Shown: positions 28,640-38,983 of the stretch, in pieces
Numbering within the stretch: position 1 is the first letter of the stretch
How the letters are laid out: the number at the start of each line of letters is the position of its first letter
IMG/VR virus record: IMGVR_UViG_3300037493_005316
DNA length: 64,000 bases
Source: an uncultured virus (IMG/VR IMGVR_UViG_3300037493_005316)
Lineage: Duplodnaviria > Heunggongvirae > Uroviricota > Caudoviricetes
Strand: one strand, 5' to 3'
Made by a program: the position numbers and the translations under genes
The notes under the pieces: model-generated
The model's input: only the letters and a program-made list of their open reading frames with translations
What the model was told of the DNA's origin: nothing
Database searches by the model: none

Positions 28640-31600
28640 AGAGCGTGTCGGGTTCGGGGACGGTCGAGGATGTCGCGGAGCGACTCGACGCACGCCGTTT
28701 TGATCGCCGCCGCGAGTTCCAGATCGTTGCGGACTTCTTTCGGGATAGGTTTTCCAAGGTTGTCCGACGCGGAGGCCGCTGCAAGCCACGCGTCTACCGC
28801 GTCGTCGTACGCTTCGTCGGCGTCGATCAGATCGTGGGCGGCGCTGTAGAGGTTTTCGAGGGTGCTCCCGTCGAGGCTCACTTCCCACCTTCGTACTTGG
28901 CCTTGAGCTGTTCGAGCAAGGCTCGCTCTTCGGCCTCTCGTGCTGAGTTGCGTTCCGCTTTCTCTCGGTCCTGCTTGAGCGTCTTCGTGGCGGCCACGCG
29001 CGCAAGCTCGGCACGTAGCTCGGTTTCCCAGTCGTAGTCGGGAATTGTCCATCGAAGGGGAAACACGATCTTGCGTTCGTCGGGCAACCAGTTGCCTTCG
29101 CCACAGTAGGTCGACGTCAACACGCGAACGGTGAAGTCGTCACCGTCTGGAGCGAGCTGAACGTCCTCGACGCGCTGCATGGAGCGGCTGGGGTAGCCCG
29201 ACACCTTCCCGGCCTTCTTGACGAAGTCGCAGATGTGCGCGTAGCTGACGTCCCATTCCTGCGTCGCGTTTTCAAGGGCTGCCCGCGCGTCATGGAAGCT
29301 CTTCCAGCGTGCGATGATCCCGCTGTAGCTGTTGGCGTGGAGGGTCACCACTCGCTCCGAAGCAGGGCCGACACGTCCGAGGCGAACGCAGGGAAGCACG
29401 CAGCGCAGATGAGCCCAACCGCGCTGCTGGCCGTGCCTCCGAAGTGCCGACGCACGCCCGACACACCGCGGCACACGATGCAGGGGCCTGGATCTCGTTC
29501 GCAGATCCCATACTTCGACGCGTCGTGGTGCCCCGGTAGCAGCGTGGCGTTGGACGCGTACTGACCGGGAGGCTCGACCGGAATGAAGTCGAGACCCATC
29601 CGGCCGCTCGGCACGTAGTAGCTGCGATGCCAGTTGCCGCGCCGCTCGGCGGGGACCATGAACCGGTCCGAGACCAGGAACCGAAGCCCAAACGTGGTTT
29701 TGTTTCCCGTCCGCTTCCAGTGGTTCGCGGTTGAGTGTAGGTACGGCGCGAGGCCCCGTTCAATGACGATCGGGTGTTCCGCCGTGCAGACGAAGCGGCT
29801 ATCGTTCAGAGGTCGAAGTCCGGCCAGGGCTTCCGGGTGCGCTTTGTTGAGGGTTTCACCGTGTTCGCCTTCCTTCAGCGGACACACGAGGGAGAGGTTC
29901 GAGGACTTCACCAAGTCGTAGTAGAACGCGTCCCGATGAACGGTGCCGTTGATCTCGACGTTCGCATTGTCGACGCGGCGTACGCAGCGGTCCGGCTCCG
30001 CGTAGGGAGACAGGAAGCGCCACAAGCCGCCGATCCACCGATACTCGGATTCGGGTTCGCCAGGAAGTCGGAAATGGGTACCGTTGAAACCACTCCCGGC
30101 CGCGCACGCGAACACAGGGCGTTCAAGGATACGAGACGCGTTCGCGACGATCGTGTCGAGGTCTTCGTGAAGCGTGAGGGGGCGTGTCATCGGTCTCTCC
30201 AGGCGTCGACGTGAGCTTGGTCTGCGGGTTCGAGTTCGGTCGTGGTGTGCTCGTCGAGCCACTTCACGAGGTCACACCAGAGGTCGAACGCGCCGTCGTT
30301 CACTTTCTCGCGGGCCAGTCGATGGCTCGCTGTGAACATGCCGAGCATCGGGATTTCCCGAATGTCGTGGTACAGGCAGTCTCGGTGTGTGACCACGTCG
30401 GGAATGTACTCAGGATGTTCCGGTCCCGGCTCGTTCGGGCCGTCGGAGTACGGGAACGGGACCAGACCCGTGTTGATGTAGCTGCGAGCGATGCCGTTGT
30501 GGTGGTCGGTCACGAGGTTGTCGAACCACTGAGTCAGCACGTTGATTGAACGCGCGTCATGTCTCGCCGCCGCTTCTTGGTACGCAGGTTCCCAGTCGGG
30601 ATGGCCTGCGCGCAGCTTGGCAATCTGGTCAGGAAGGCCCTTCGCAAGCAGGGCCGCCTGTTCTTGGGTCAGGGGGCAGGACCAGCGGATGAGGCTCATG
30701 GCTTGCGTCCGTATTGCCGTTCGAGTCGCGAGAGGTAAAGGCGGTCCTGTCGGGCGCTTGCCTTTGTGTTCTTTTTGGTTCGCCGCTCTGCCCTTTCCGT
30801 GAGCACCTTCTGCTGGCTCTCTTGAAAGCGGAGGTACGTGACGATGGCGCCTTTGCCGTTGATGACGAACATGCCTCGAAGGTCGGGTGCCACGATGAAC
30901 TGTGCGTACAGATCCGCGTGCGGCTGCTGAGTCACACTCTGCGCGAACTTCGGAGGGACTTCCTCCCCTTGAAGAATCGCGTCCAGCACCTCGTCTTGTC
31001 GAGCGCGGGGATGGTGGATCTGGTACCGCTGTAGTGCGTGAAACGTGACGTAGACTTGTGGCTTTGGGGTCACATTCCACCCCCTTCGTCGCGGTCCGCG
31101 CACTGATCACACTGATACCCGCGTGCCTTGTCGGCGGGCGTCAGACGATTCGGCTGCTTGCACGTCGGGCACGGCACTTCGGTCAGGCGCGACAGACGCT
31201 CGGCCTCGCGCACGATCGCGTCGACGTGGGCCGCGCGATCAGCATTTACGAACCGGGGCTCCCGTCGCCATCCGGTCCAGTTTTTCGCTGAGAATTCGTT
31301 GTCGTCGTCATTCACGCCACACCTCCGCGATGGAAGAGGCCCACGGAGACGTCCCCGTGCTCGCGGCACGCGCCGACCACGTAGAAGTCACCCTGATCGG
31401 TGCGGTCGAGGAGCGTTTCGATCACGTCCGCGAACTGTTCGGCGGCGTCGGGTGAGACGAGGACGCGCCCGTCCTTACCGATGCGTCGAGCGTGGACGCC
31501 GAGCGTCGACCAAACGCGCGCGTGGTCCTCAGGGGAGAGGAGCGTGGGCGGCGCGAAGGCGGTGTGTTCGAGAAGCAAGGTGGAGGCGTTCATGTATCAG

Positions 31601-32551
31601 TCCGGTTGAACGATGGAGACGTTGGTGTAGTGCGTAGCTTCCCCGATCGGAAAGCCCCACTGATTGGGGAAGAAGACGACATCGAAGCCGTGGACGCCGC
31701 CCCACCGCTCGAAGCGGATCACGGGGCCCGCGTACTTGCCGTTGATGAACACCATCACTCCCCCTCCGGAAGGTCGTCGCAGAACGCGATCTTCCGGCGG
31801 GGATCGACGCCCGGGATGGCGAGGTGGGCAAGGAAGGGCCGGATCGAGACTTTCAACGCGACCTCCTGCTGCGGGGAAAGACACGGCCCTCCACGCCTTA
31901 CGTCGTATTCCAAGTCAAACAACACAACCTCAGACGAAAAAGGCGTGTACAGCTTGAAGTCGAATTCTTCTGGCGGGTCGGTCGTGACGAGACGGATCCC
32001 CCCCATACAGACGCCGTCGACAAACACCTGACAGGTAGCCCCGCAAGGTTCGGTCTGGATGTTTCGGATCTCGGTGTTCACGGTTACTCCCCCGCCGGAA
32101 GGTAGTCGATGCGGAACCGGCCGCCCTCGCCCATGCCCCGACCGTACTGCTGCCAGCACGCTTCGGAGATCGGGAACCGGCGACGGACCTCGTCCATGAT
32201 CGCGTCGATCTGCTTCTCGGCGGCGACCAGCTCCGCTTCCAACCGCTGAAACTCAGGGTCGGCACGGTGCGTAGCGATGTCGGCTTTGAAGTCCGCGACG
32301 ATCGCGTCCGCCAGGAGGCTTTTGACCTTTGCGGTCACGGCCGCGAAGTCCTTTTCGGTGAATTCGGGGTACTCTTGGTCCCCGTTGAACGCGGTCGCGC
32401 CACTGAACACGTCGCGAACGGTTGAGGCGATGTCAACGACATACAGCAGGTCGTCGTAGGGATAGACGTGAAGCTCGTCGTTTCTGGCATCCCTGAGCAG
32501 GATGTTTGCCTGCAACGTGGCCCAGTAGTTCACTTCGGTCTCGTTCAGCAT
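28636..32551 (-). other. operon of ~10 small hypothetical genes (approx. 28636-28881, 28878-29348, 29345-30190, 30187-30699, 30696-31073, 31070-31315, 31312-31593, 31597-31755, 31755-32081, 32084-32551)
   Basis: chained stop/start overlaps downstream of the promoter at 33527-33555. Confidence 0.6.
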
Positions 32552-32688
32552 GACGGGTCGACCTTTCGGAGCGTTGGCCGGTCGAGAGATTCGACCGTTC
32601 CCAGGAAGCGCGACGAGGACGCCGCTCCGTTGCTTCCCATCTCGAAACCAGGGGATCGGCACCACGCCGATCCCCCGATCAAATCGTC

Positions 32689-33468
32689 TTAGAAGAAGTC
32701 CGAAGGGAGCGGCTCGGCGCTCGTCGCCAGCCCTTCCAGCGCATCGTTGATCAGCGCGTCCAGCTTGCTCGCGTCCTCGGCATCCGCGATCTCCACGAAG
32801 TCACGAGCCGTGTAGAGGCCGAGGCGGTCCGCCACGAGCAGGCGCGCGTTGTCCTCGATCTCCGCGTTCAGCTCCGCGATGCGAGCCGCCGCGTTCACGT
32901 TCTTTCGGGCGTCTTCGCGGTGGGTACGAACGATCCGGGCGACGACGTTCGCGGCAACGCCGCGCAACGTGGCTTCGTGCGCCTCGCGCTGCGCCACGCG
33001 GTACTCGCGGTAGGCGGCGACGGAGCGTTCACGAGCCTCGGTCACGAGGGTCGGATTCTTCGCGATCCAGGCGACGATCTCGCTGGCGAACGGGAGGACG
33101 CGAGCGTGCTCCTTGAGCGTGTCGAACGTGACGGACACGGTGTCCTTGTCCACGGCGCCGACATTGCGGAGCGTCCACGAACGGTCCTTGCCGAGAATCG
33201 TCGAGCGAACGAACGTAGCGACGTCCGGCGTGGTCTGGATGCCGTGGTCCGGCTTGCGGAGCCAGATCGTGAACGCGGCCCCGGCACCCTTTTCGGACGT
33301 ACCAGCGAGGGTCACGCCGTCGGCAACCACGACGGCCTCCGCGCCAACGGAACGCCACGGGAGGCGCGCTTCCGGGGCAGGCTCCGGCTTGACGAGCGAC
33401 AACGCCGGGGAGGTGTCGTCGGCGACGAACGAATTCGCCTCGAATACGGCAACGGGAAGGGCGGACAT
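32689..33468 (-). CDS. hypothetical protein (259 aa), first gene of an early operon
   Basis: high GC3 coding pattern; begins ~60 nt downstream of the cassette promoter. Confidence 0.7.
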   Translation of the reverse strand: MSALPVAVFEANSFVADDTSPALSLVKPEPAPEARLPWRSVGAEAVVVADGVTLAGTSEKGAGAAFTIWLRKPDHGIQTTPDVATFVRSTILGKDRSWTLRNVGAVDKDTVSVTFDTLKEHARVLPFASEIVAWIAKNPTLVTEARERSVAAYREYRVAQREAHEATLRGVAANVVARIVRTHREDARKNVNAAARIAELNAEIEDNARLLVADRLGLYTARDFVEIADAEDASKLDALINDALEGLATSAEPLPSDFF

Positions 33469-33526
33469 TTAGGAACCGGTCGGCAGGGGGGAGGGGGTAG
33501 GTGGTGTCAACCCCGCCGATGCTATA

Positions 33527-33640
33527 TATGTAACCGATTCGGATACGACTGTCAAGGAGAAACTTCAACCCGTTGGATTGGGTCGGTCCTCTAGGTAGGT
33601 AGGGGGTACCCCCCCCCCTCCCGTCGCTCACCCCGAAACT
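33527..33640 (-). promoter_or_regulatory. conserved promoter cassette copy 1
   Basis: TTGACA(33555-50)-GTCGTATCCGAATCGGT-TACATA(33532-27); G/C runs at 33601-33620; GTTTCGG upstream. Confidence 0.8.
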
Positions 33641-33698
33641 CCCCCTCGCGCGTGTACCATGCTACACTTACCGGCGACACCACCTATGAGGCTCCCCC

Positions 33699-35537
33699 AT
33701 GCCTACGCGTACCTATAGAAGCCGTCCGGGCGCTCGGCACGAAAAGCTCTGCGCCTGCCTGATGGAAGGGTGCGGTTGCGCGTCGTACACCGAGACGGAA
33801 ACGGCGTACCCAACTCGAAACACGGCTCGAACCGAATCTCTACCTACTCGACGTGGGCGACGGGATCCCCAACTGCGTGAGGCCCCGTGGCTGGATCCCC
33901 GACACGGGGCGGGGCTTACCTTCGCAGGCGGGAGCAAGCCGCGCCCTGGGGCGTGGCCGGGGTCGAAAGCAGCCCGTGGCGAGGTGGAGATTGTACGTCT
34001 CGAATCGTCGGGACGTCACGGATCCGTCCCCGCGTGGGAGATCCCCCGCACCTCGGTTTCGTTTCCGTTTGCGCCCGATGTGGCAGCTCGTGCCGTATTG
34101 AGCGGTTACGGTTTCAAGTGGGATTCACGTCGTCAGGAGTGGCTCTCCTCGCGGTACCTGTCGCTCGCCGAAGTCGAGGATCTGCGTGCGGGCATTCTGG
34201 GCGCACGTCGGCGCACGTCACAGGGGCACGGTTCCAGTATCGTGCCGAGCGGCCTTCCTCGGGAGTACGACGAAGCATTGCCGTCTTCCTGCTCGTCCTG
34301 CGGCATGTACGACGCCATGTTGTGCGCGAAGTGCGAAACCTGTCCCGGCTGCTGCGAGTGTGCATGGCCCGCGCATCTTCGAGGCGGGGTTCAGGCCACG
34401 AAGACCTATGCCGAGCGTCGGGGTCGCGTTCATGCCGCACGCCCCGCAAGCACGGAACTGGCGCTCGTTCGACATGAAGCGTATGACTACGAGCACGGCG
34501 ACGGAGATGAGAGTGAGGAGATGCACGGGAACATGTCGCCCGAAGCGTGCGGAGACCCCACCTGTTACATCCATTTCCCTCGGAAGGCTGAGCGAGCCTC
34601 TACCTCCCGCGTTCGACACGAAGGTCTCCGCGAAGCGTCGATCATCGAGTACATCGACGACGTAAGGTACGAGGATCCCCGTGATGATCGTCGGACCTTC
34701 GACGAGGATCAATTCGACGAGAACGTCGATGAACTGTCGGAAGCGTCGGACGACGACGACGACGACGACGACGACGATGACAGTGACACGGACGATGACG
34801 ACGATGGCGTCGAGTATCTACGCACGAGTCCTGCACCCACACGCAAGATGGGTTCTCGCGTCCAGTCCCTCATGTTCTCGAAGGACTACTACACTCCGAG
34901 CGCCGCCAAGGCGTGGGCCAAGGCTCACGGCTACGCGTTCGGGAAGGTGGACTCAGGTGGGCCGTCGGCCAAGTACCATCACCTTCGTCAATTCGAGCCG
35001 GATCAGGCCGCGTCGGGGTACGGAACCATCACCCTGAAAACCGTGCAGGGGGTTCCAGCCATTCGGGCCACGGTAGCAGTCCCGAAGTGGCGCGCGGACA
35101 TGGGGCCTCAGCGCTTGAAGCGCGGCGAAGGCAAGGTTGTCGAGAAGCGGGCGCATGGTCCGAAACAGACGAAGATGTTTTCGGAGAGGCTTCACACTCT
35201 CCCGGGATCTGACTCCTCTCGGAAGCGTTCGCGGGATCCCCACGAGTTGACCCTCAGCTCCGCAGGCTGGAAGGCGGTTCTCCCCGACGCGCGTCGTCGA
35301 GTCGCGGAACTGACGGGCCGGGACGCTTCGGACATCGACTGGTACAAAATCCTTCGTGCGGGTCGGGCCTATCTCGCTCCTGCTGGGGGTGGGTACCGCG
35401 TGTACTTCGTGTCGTTGGACGGGACCGTGGACTGGAAGACCTCCACGCCGGAAAACGTCGACGAGACCGTTTTGCTGTTGGATGCGAAAGATCGTTCAAG
35501 GTTCTTTCCGCAACACGCGCCGCCGCGTCGCGGCTGA
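33699..35537 (+). CDS. modular protein E (612 aa) with Cys-rich and acidic segments and E-x-L junctions
   Basis: CSSCG..CAKCETCPGCCEC; poly-Asp tract; VQSLMFSK..AKAWAKAHGY..HLRQFEP domain. Confidence 0.65.
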   Translation: MPTRTYRSRPGARHEKLCACLMEGCGCASYTETETAYPTRNTARTESLPTRRGRRDPQLREAPWLDPRHGAGLTFAGGSKPRPGAWPGSKAARGEVEIVRLESSGRHGSVPAWEIPRTSVSFPFAPDVAARAVLSGYGFKWDSRRQEWLSSRYLSLAEVEDLRAGILGARRRTSQGHGSSIVPSGLPREYDEALPSSCSSCGMYDAMLCAKCETCPGCCECAWPAHLRGGVQATKTYAERRGRVHAARPASTELALVRHEAYDYEHGDGDESEEMHGNMSPEACGDPTCYIHFPRKAERASTSRVRHEGLREASIIEYIDDVRYEDPRDDRRTFDEDQFDENVDELSEASDDDDDDDDDDDSDTDDDDDGVEYLRTSPAPTRKMGSRVQSLMFSKDYYTPSAAKAWAKAHGYAFGKVDSGGPSAKYHHLRQFEPDQAASGYGTITLKTVQGVPAIRATVAVPKWRADMGPQRLKRGEGKVVEKRAHGPKQTKMFSERLHTLPGSDSSRKRSRDPHELTLSSAGWKAVLPDARRRVAELTGRDASDIDWYKILRAGRAYLAPAGGGYRVYFVSLDGTVDWKTSTPENVDETVLLLDAKDRSRFFPQHAPPRRG

Positions 35538-35671
35538 AGCTAGTGCGGTGTCTGTCATCGGGCATGACAGTGTAGTGTGGTCCCAAAAGACCTTGCGTGT
35601 CACACGCGCATCCTTGACTTCCCCTTAGGTCTCGCGATAACGTATCCCCGACACCACACGGAGCGTCGCAA

Positions 35672-36073
35672 ATGGCTCTCGATCTCCACGCTTACGTTGT
35701 TAGCGAAGTGCCTTTCGTCGCGGGCGCCGGGGGTGGTCCTTTCTACTCGCCCGGTGCCGATTACTCGGCCAACGTGGCAGGGTCTACGGGCTCGAACGAT
35801 GCTGGCGGTCTGATCATCGATGTCTCGGGCGCGTTCGCGGGAGACAACTTCGACGTGATCGTTCAGACCTCTGTGGAAGATGCACTAGCCCCCAACACGT
35901 GGTCTGACACGAACTCCCGCACCAACGGGATCGTGGTGGCGGGGCAGTACCAGCTCCACATCACAGATCCGATCATCTCGCGGTGCCGCGTGAAGATCGT
36001 GAAGAACGCAGGCGCGGCGGATGTCACCTGGACGATTCGTTGGATGAGCGACCGCGCTCTCGCGTTGTTGTAG
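35672..36073 (+). CDS. hypothetical beta-rich protein, possibly virion structural (133 aa)
   Basis: GGAG upstream; TTGACT-18-TAACGT at 35614-35643. Confidence 0.6.
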   Translation: MALDLHAYVVSEVPFVAGAGGGPFYSPGADYSANVAGSTGSNDAGGLIIDVSGAFAGDNFDVIVQTSVEDALAPNTWSDTNSRTNGIVVAGQYQLHITDPIISRCRVKIVKNAGAADVTWTIRWMSDRALALL

Positions 36074-36121
36074 GTCTTTCTCTCAGTCCGACAGGATCTG
36101 ACACCACTTTTCGGAGATACC

Positions 36122-36493
36122 ATGTTCCAGAACTGCGGATTGAAGCAGATCCTTCGCGAATCGGCCACCTTGGCGGCGAACCCCGCCGTTACCGACGTCA
36201 CTCCGGGGTACGTCGGCGACCAGAACACGGGCGGCCTGTATTTCGTCATGCGCACGACAGGGCGCTCTGCGGGAACGTGTCTGGTAGACTTGCTCACGAG
36301 TTACGACGGTGTCACGTACTCTGAGCTGTCGAGCTACCAGCAGAACATCACCGTGAACGGGTTCGTCTACATCAACATCGACGGTCCGATTCCGGCGTAC
36401 GTCGGTATCCGTCTTACCCCCTCGGGGGGACCGGATTTCAACGGGAGCGTAGAGGTTGACGCGTACAGCTCGGGTCGGCTCTTGTTCAACTAG
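36122..36493 (+). CDS. hypothetical beta-rich protein, possibly virion structural (123 aa)
   Basis: GGAGA RBS; size and composition similar to the upstream gene. Confidence 0.6.
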   Translation: MFQNCGLKQILRESATLAANPAVTDVTPGYVGDQNTGGLYFVMRTTGRSAGTCLVDLLTSYDGVTYSELSSYQQNITVNGFVYINIDGPIPAYVGIRLTPSGGPDFNGSVEVDAYSSGRLLFN

Positions 36494-36509
36494 CTAGTCG
36501 GAGAGACCG

Positions 36510-37004
36510 ATGCCTGCCCCTTCTGCACTTCCCGGTTTTCGCGAGCTGGTAGGCCCCCCTGGTCCTGCGTTCTCGGGCCCGATGGGTCCGATACTTCAAT
36601 TCGTTCTCCAGATTGATGCTCCTACGTATGCTACCGAGGCTGCGAACCATCGGGACGCGGCGATCGGCGTCAGCAGACGGTTCGCGTCGGGAAGCTCTGA
36701 ACTTTCCATTCGGGACATCGTCATTCAGGTCTATGACGATGTGGCGTTGACCACCCTCTCCGTTTCCGCCACGTTGGCGCTCGTGCCTGCGGGTAACGGC
36801 ACCGTCATTACGGGATCGGGTACGAACTCCATGATCGTGTCTACGGGGTCTCCTGGCGAGGGCTTGCAGGCGCTGTTCGATCTCCGGTTGTCCGAAGCGG
36901 GTGTAGTCACGCGCTACGTCACCTACGCCTTTCGGGATCCCAGTGTGAATAACGGCGGGATTGTCCCCTGCATCGGCCCCGTCTCTACGGTCGCGTTCAT
37001 CTGA
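36510..37004 (+). CDS. hypothetical protein (164 aa)
   Basis: GGAGA RBS; operon continuity. Confidence 0.55.
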   Translation: MPAPSALPGFRELVGPPGPAFSGPMGPILQFVLQIDAPTYATEAANHRDAAIGVSRRFASGSSELSIRDIVIQVYDDVALTTLSVSATLALVPAGNGTVITGSGTNSMIVSTGSPGEGLQALFDLRLSEAGVVTRYVTYAFRDPSVNNGGIVPCIGPVSTVAFI

Positions 37005-37006
37005 AC

Positions 37007-37390
37007 GTGAGCGCCGAGACCTTCCGAAAGCGCCTACAGCGACTGATCACGGGCGTAGTCATCGTTAGTCCAGCCCTGTGCCGTCTATTCTCAGTCGTCG
37101 TTCCGGTCGCAGGGATCACACTCTGGCCGTTCATTCTGCTTGCGGAAGAGCCGGACCCCCTGACGGTACGGCATGAGAAGATCCATATCCGACAGCAGGC
37201 AGAGTTGTTCGTGCTTGGTTTCTATGCGGTGTACGTGATGGAGTGGCTCTGGCTTCTATGGAAAGGCAAGAATACTGAGGATGCGTACAGGGCCCTCAGA
37301 TTCGAGCGTGAAGCCTACGCACATGAAGGCAGCCCCGAGTACCTGTCCACTCGCCGTTGGGGGGCGTGGAGGGCCTTTCCGGTTGGATAG
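37007..37390 (+). CDS. small HExxH membrane-associated zincin-like protein
   Basis: TLWPFIL..RHEKIHIRQQAEL..FYAVYVMEW..AYRALRFEREAY. Confidence 0.65.
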   Translation: MSAETFRKRLQRLITGVVIVSPALCRLFSVVVPVAGITLWPFILLAEEPDPLTVRHEKIHIRQQAELFVLGFYAVYVMEWLWLLWKGKNTEDAYRALRFEREAYAHEGSPEYLSTRRWGAWRAFPVG

Positions 37391-37405
37391 TTTCGAGCGG
37401 GGCGC

Positions 37406-37506
37406 GTTTCGGTTCCAGGTAGGGTAGGGGGGGGCCCCCCCCCCTCTCTGTCTGACCGACGCTCCGAAAGTTTCCCCTTGACGGGCGTACCCTAATCGGT
37501 TACATG
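37406..37506 (+). promoter_or_regulatory. conserved promoter cassette copy 2
   Basis: GTTTCGG; G8C10 at 37427-37444; TTGACG(37478)-GGCGTACCCTAATCGGT-TACATG(37501). Confidence 0.8.
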
Positions 37507-37685
37507 TAGGGTATCGGACGGCAAAACACGCCCTACGAGACAAGTGTACCGCGTGAAGACGCGCCGGGTGTTCCCGGCTAGTCGGTGTGGCGAGAAACCG
37601 ACGATTGAACCGGAGTATGGGAGCGCAGGAGCCTAAACCGAAAGGTGGAGGCGTTGATTCGTGCCCTGGCCCGTCGCACTTTTAG
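37507..37685 (+). ncRNA. candidate structured ncRNA / 5' leader
   Basis: no plus-strand ORF in the track; consecutive hairpins (37550-63, 37564-77, 37581-602, 37631-52 with GAAA loop); ends in a T run. Confidence 0.4.
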
Positions 37686-37715
37686 ACTGAAACCCTCACC
37701 TTGGAACCGAAACCG

Positions 37716-38622
37716 ATGAGTACCTCCGTCAAAATGACCGCTGCCGACAGAAAGGCGGCGATCCCTGACGCGGAGTCGGTAGACGACGATGCGTGGGGAG
37801 AAGCCGAAGAAGAGACAGAGTGTGATGACGAGTGTGCTGTCCACGCGTCGGATTGCGACGGAAACTGTGATCACGGGTTGTTTGCCCCGCACTCCAATGG
37901 CTGCTGTCAGGATTCGGGGCGCAAGCGCACCGCAAAGGTGCGAAAGTGACCGAAACATCCCCTAGCCGCCTTGAACGCGAGCGCGTGGACCGGATGCACC
38001 AGTGGGACCGCGCCTTCGCGTTCCTGTTCGGTATCGGGTGCGGCGTCTGCGCCGGAATTGTCCTCGGTCCGCTCCTGGGAGGTTCGTGATGTACCTCTCC
38101 CCCCTCGACTTCGATCTCTCCAAGGAGACTCTGGCCCTGGTGGGTCGGGATCTCGACTGGACGTGCAGCGACGTTCTCGATCATGCAGAGCGTTTGCACC
38201 GTTCGATGCTTTCCAAGGGAGAGACGAAGCGTTCGGGCAACCGCTACAACATCGAATACCTCGTCCTTCCGGCCGAAAAGGGGCGCGAGCGGGAGTTCTC
38301 GAACGTCCTTCGGTTCCGGGGTCACGGACCGGAGATCCCCCGTGTCGACCTCGACGTGGCGTGGGGAGTCGATTCCTGCGGGCGCGAAGTCGTAGCCTGG
38401 GCTGAGTGGCAGGAGAAGGGGAAGATCCCCGCTCTCGTCGAGGTGTTCCCCGCGTATTCGGGGGCCGCGTTCAACGTGTGCTCTCCCGACCATATGCCCC
38501 GTTCGGCGCTCGCAGCGGTACGGACCAGCGACTCCTGGGGCTTGCTGTCTCCTGCGTACATGATCTCTCTTCGGAAGGGTCTGCTTCGCTTCATCCTCGA
38601 ATGGGAGGCGCCCGATGTCTAG
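37716..38622 (+). other. small hypothetical genes (approx. 37716-37949, 37946-38092, 38089-38622)
   Basis: coupled ORFs downstream of cassette copy 2; starts uncertain. Confidence 0.45.
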
Positions 38623-38983
38623 CAGCTTCCTGGACGAAGGTTACGGCGACGAGGATTACCCTGGATCAGGCTACGGCTACGGGCCGACGTCTCTTCGCCC
38701 TCTAAGGCGGGAAGACATTGCGAGGCTCCGAGCGACTGGAAGGTCTTTGGGTACGCCGCCTTTTGGCTGGAAGATGGATCTATGCGAGGCAGGAAAGCAT
38801 GTCGAGTGCCCCCGCGAGCAAGCCATTCTCTCACGAATGGCTACCCTCAGAAAAGGGGGCCTCACCTACCAAGCCATCGCAGAGTGCATGACGCGGGATG
38901 GGGTCTTTACTCGCAGGGGAGCGAAGTGGACTAAGAACGCTGTCAACATCGTTATTCGCCGAGAACGGGGAGACATCCGATGA
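38615..38983 (+). CDS. stand-alone recombinase-type (large serine recombinase) DNA-binding domain protein
   Basis: LGTPPFGW..EQAILSRM..GLTYQAIA..GVFTRRGAKW; no catalytic resolvase domain. Confidence 0.55.
   Translation: MSSSFLDEGYGDEDYPGSGYGYGPTSLRPLRREDIARLRATGRSLGTPPFGWKMDLCEAGKHVECPREQAILSRMATLRKGGLTYQAIAECMTRDGVFTRRGAKWTKNAVNIVIRRERGDIR

Noticed and set aside
34749..34806. (GAC)n microsatellite-like run
   Set aside because: In-frame poly-Asp coding tract; similar tracts at ~52837 and ~55524
37507..37685. Assignment as c-di-GMP-I riboswitch or hammerhead ribozyme
   Set aside because: Only fragments match; the GACGCAAA junction and CUGAUGA core are absent, so kept as an unassigned structured RNA
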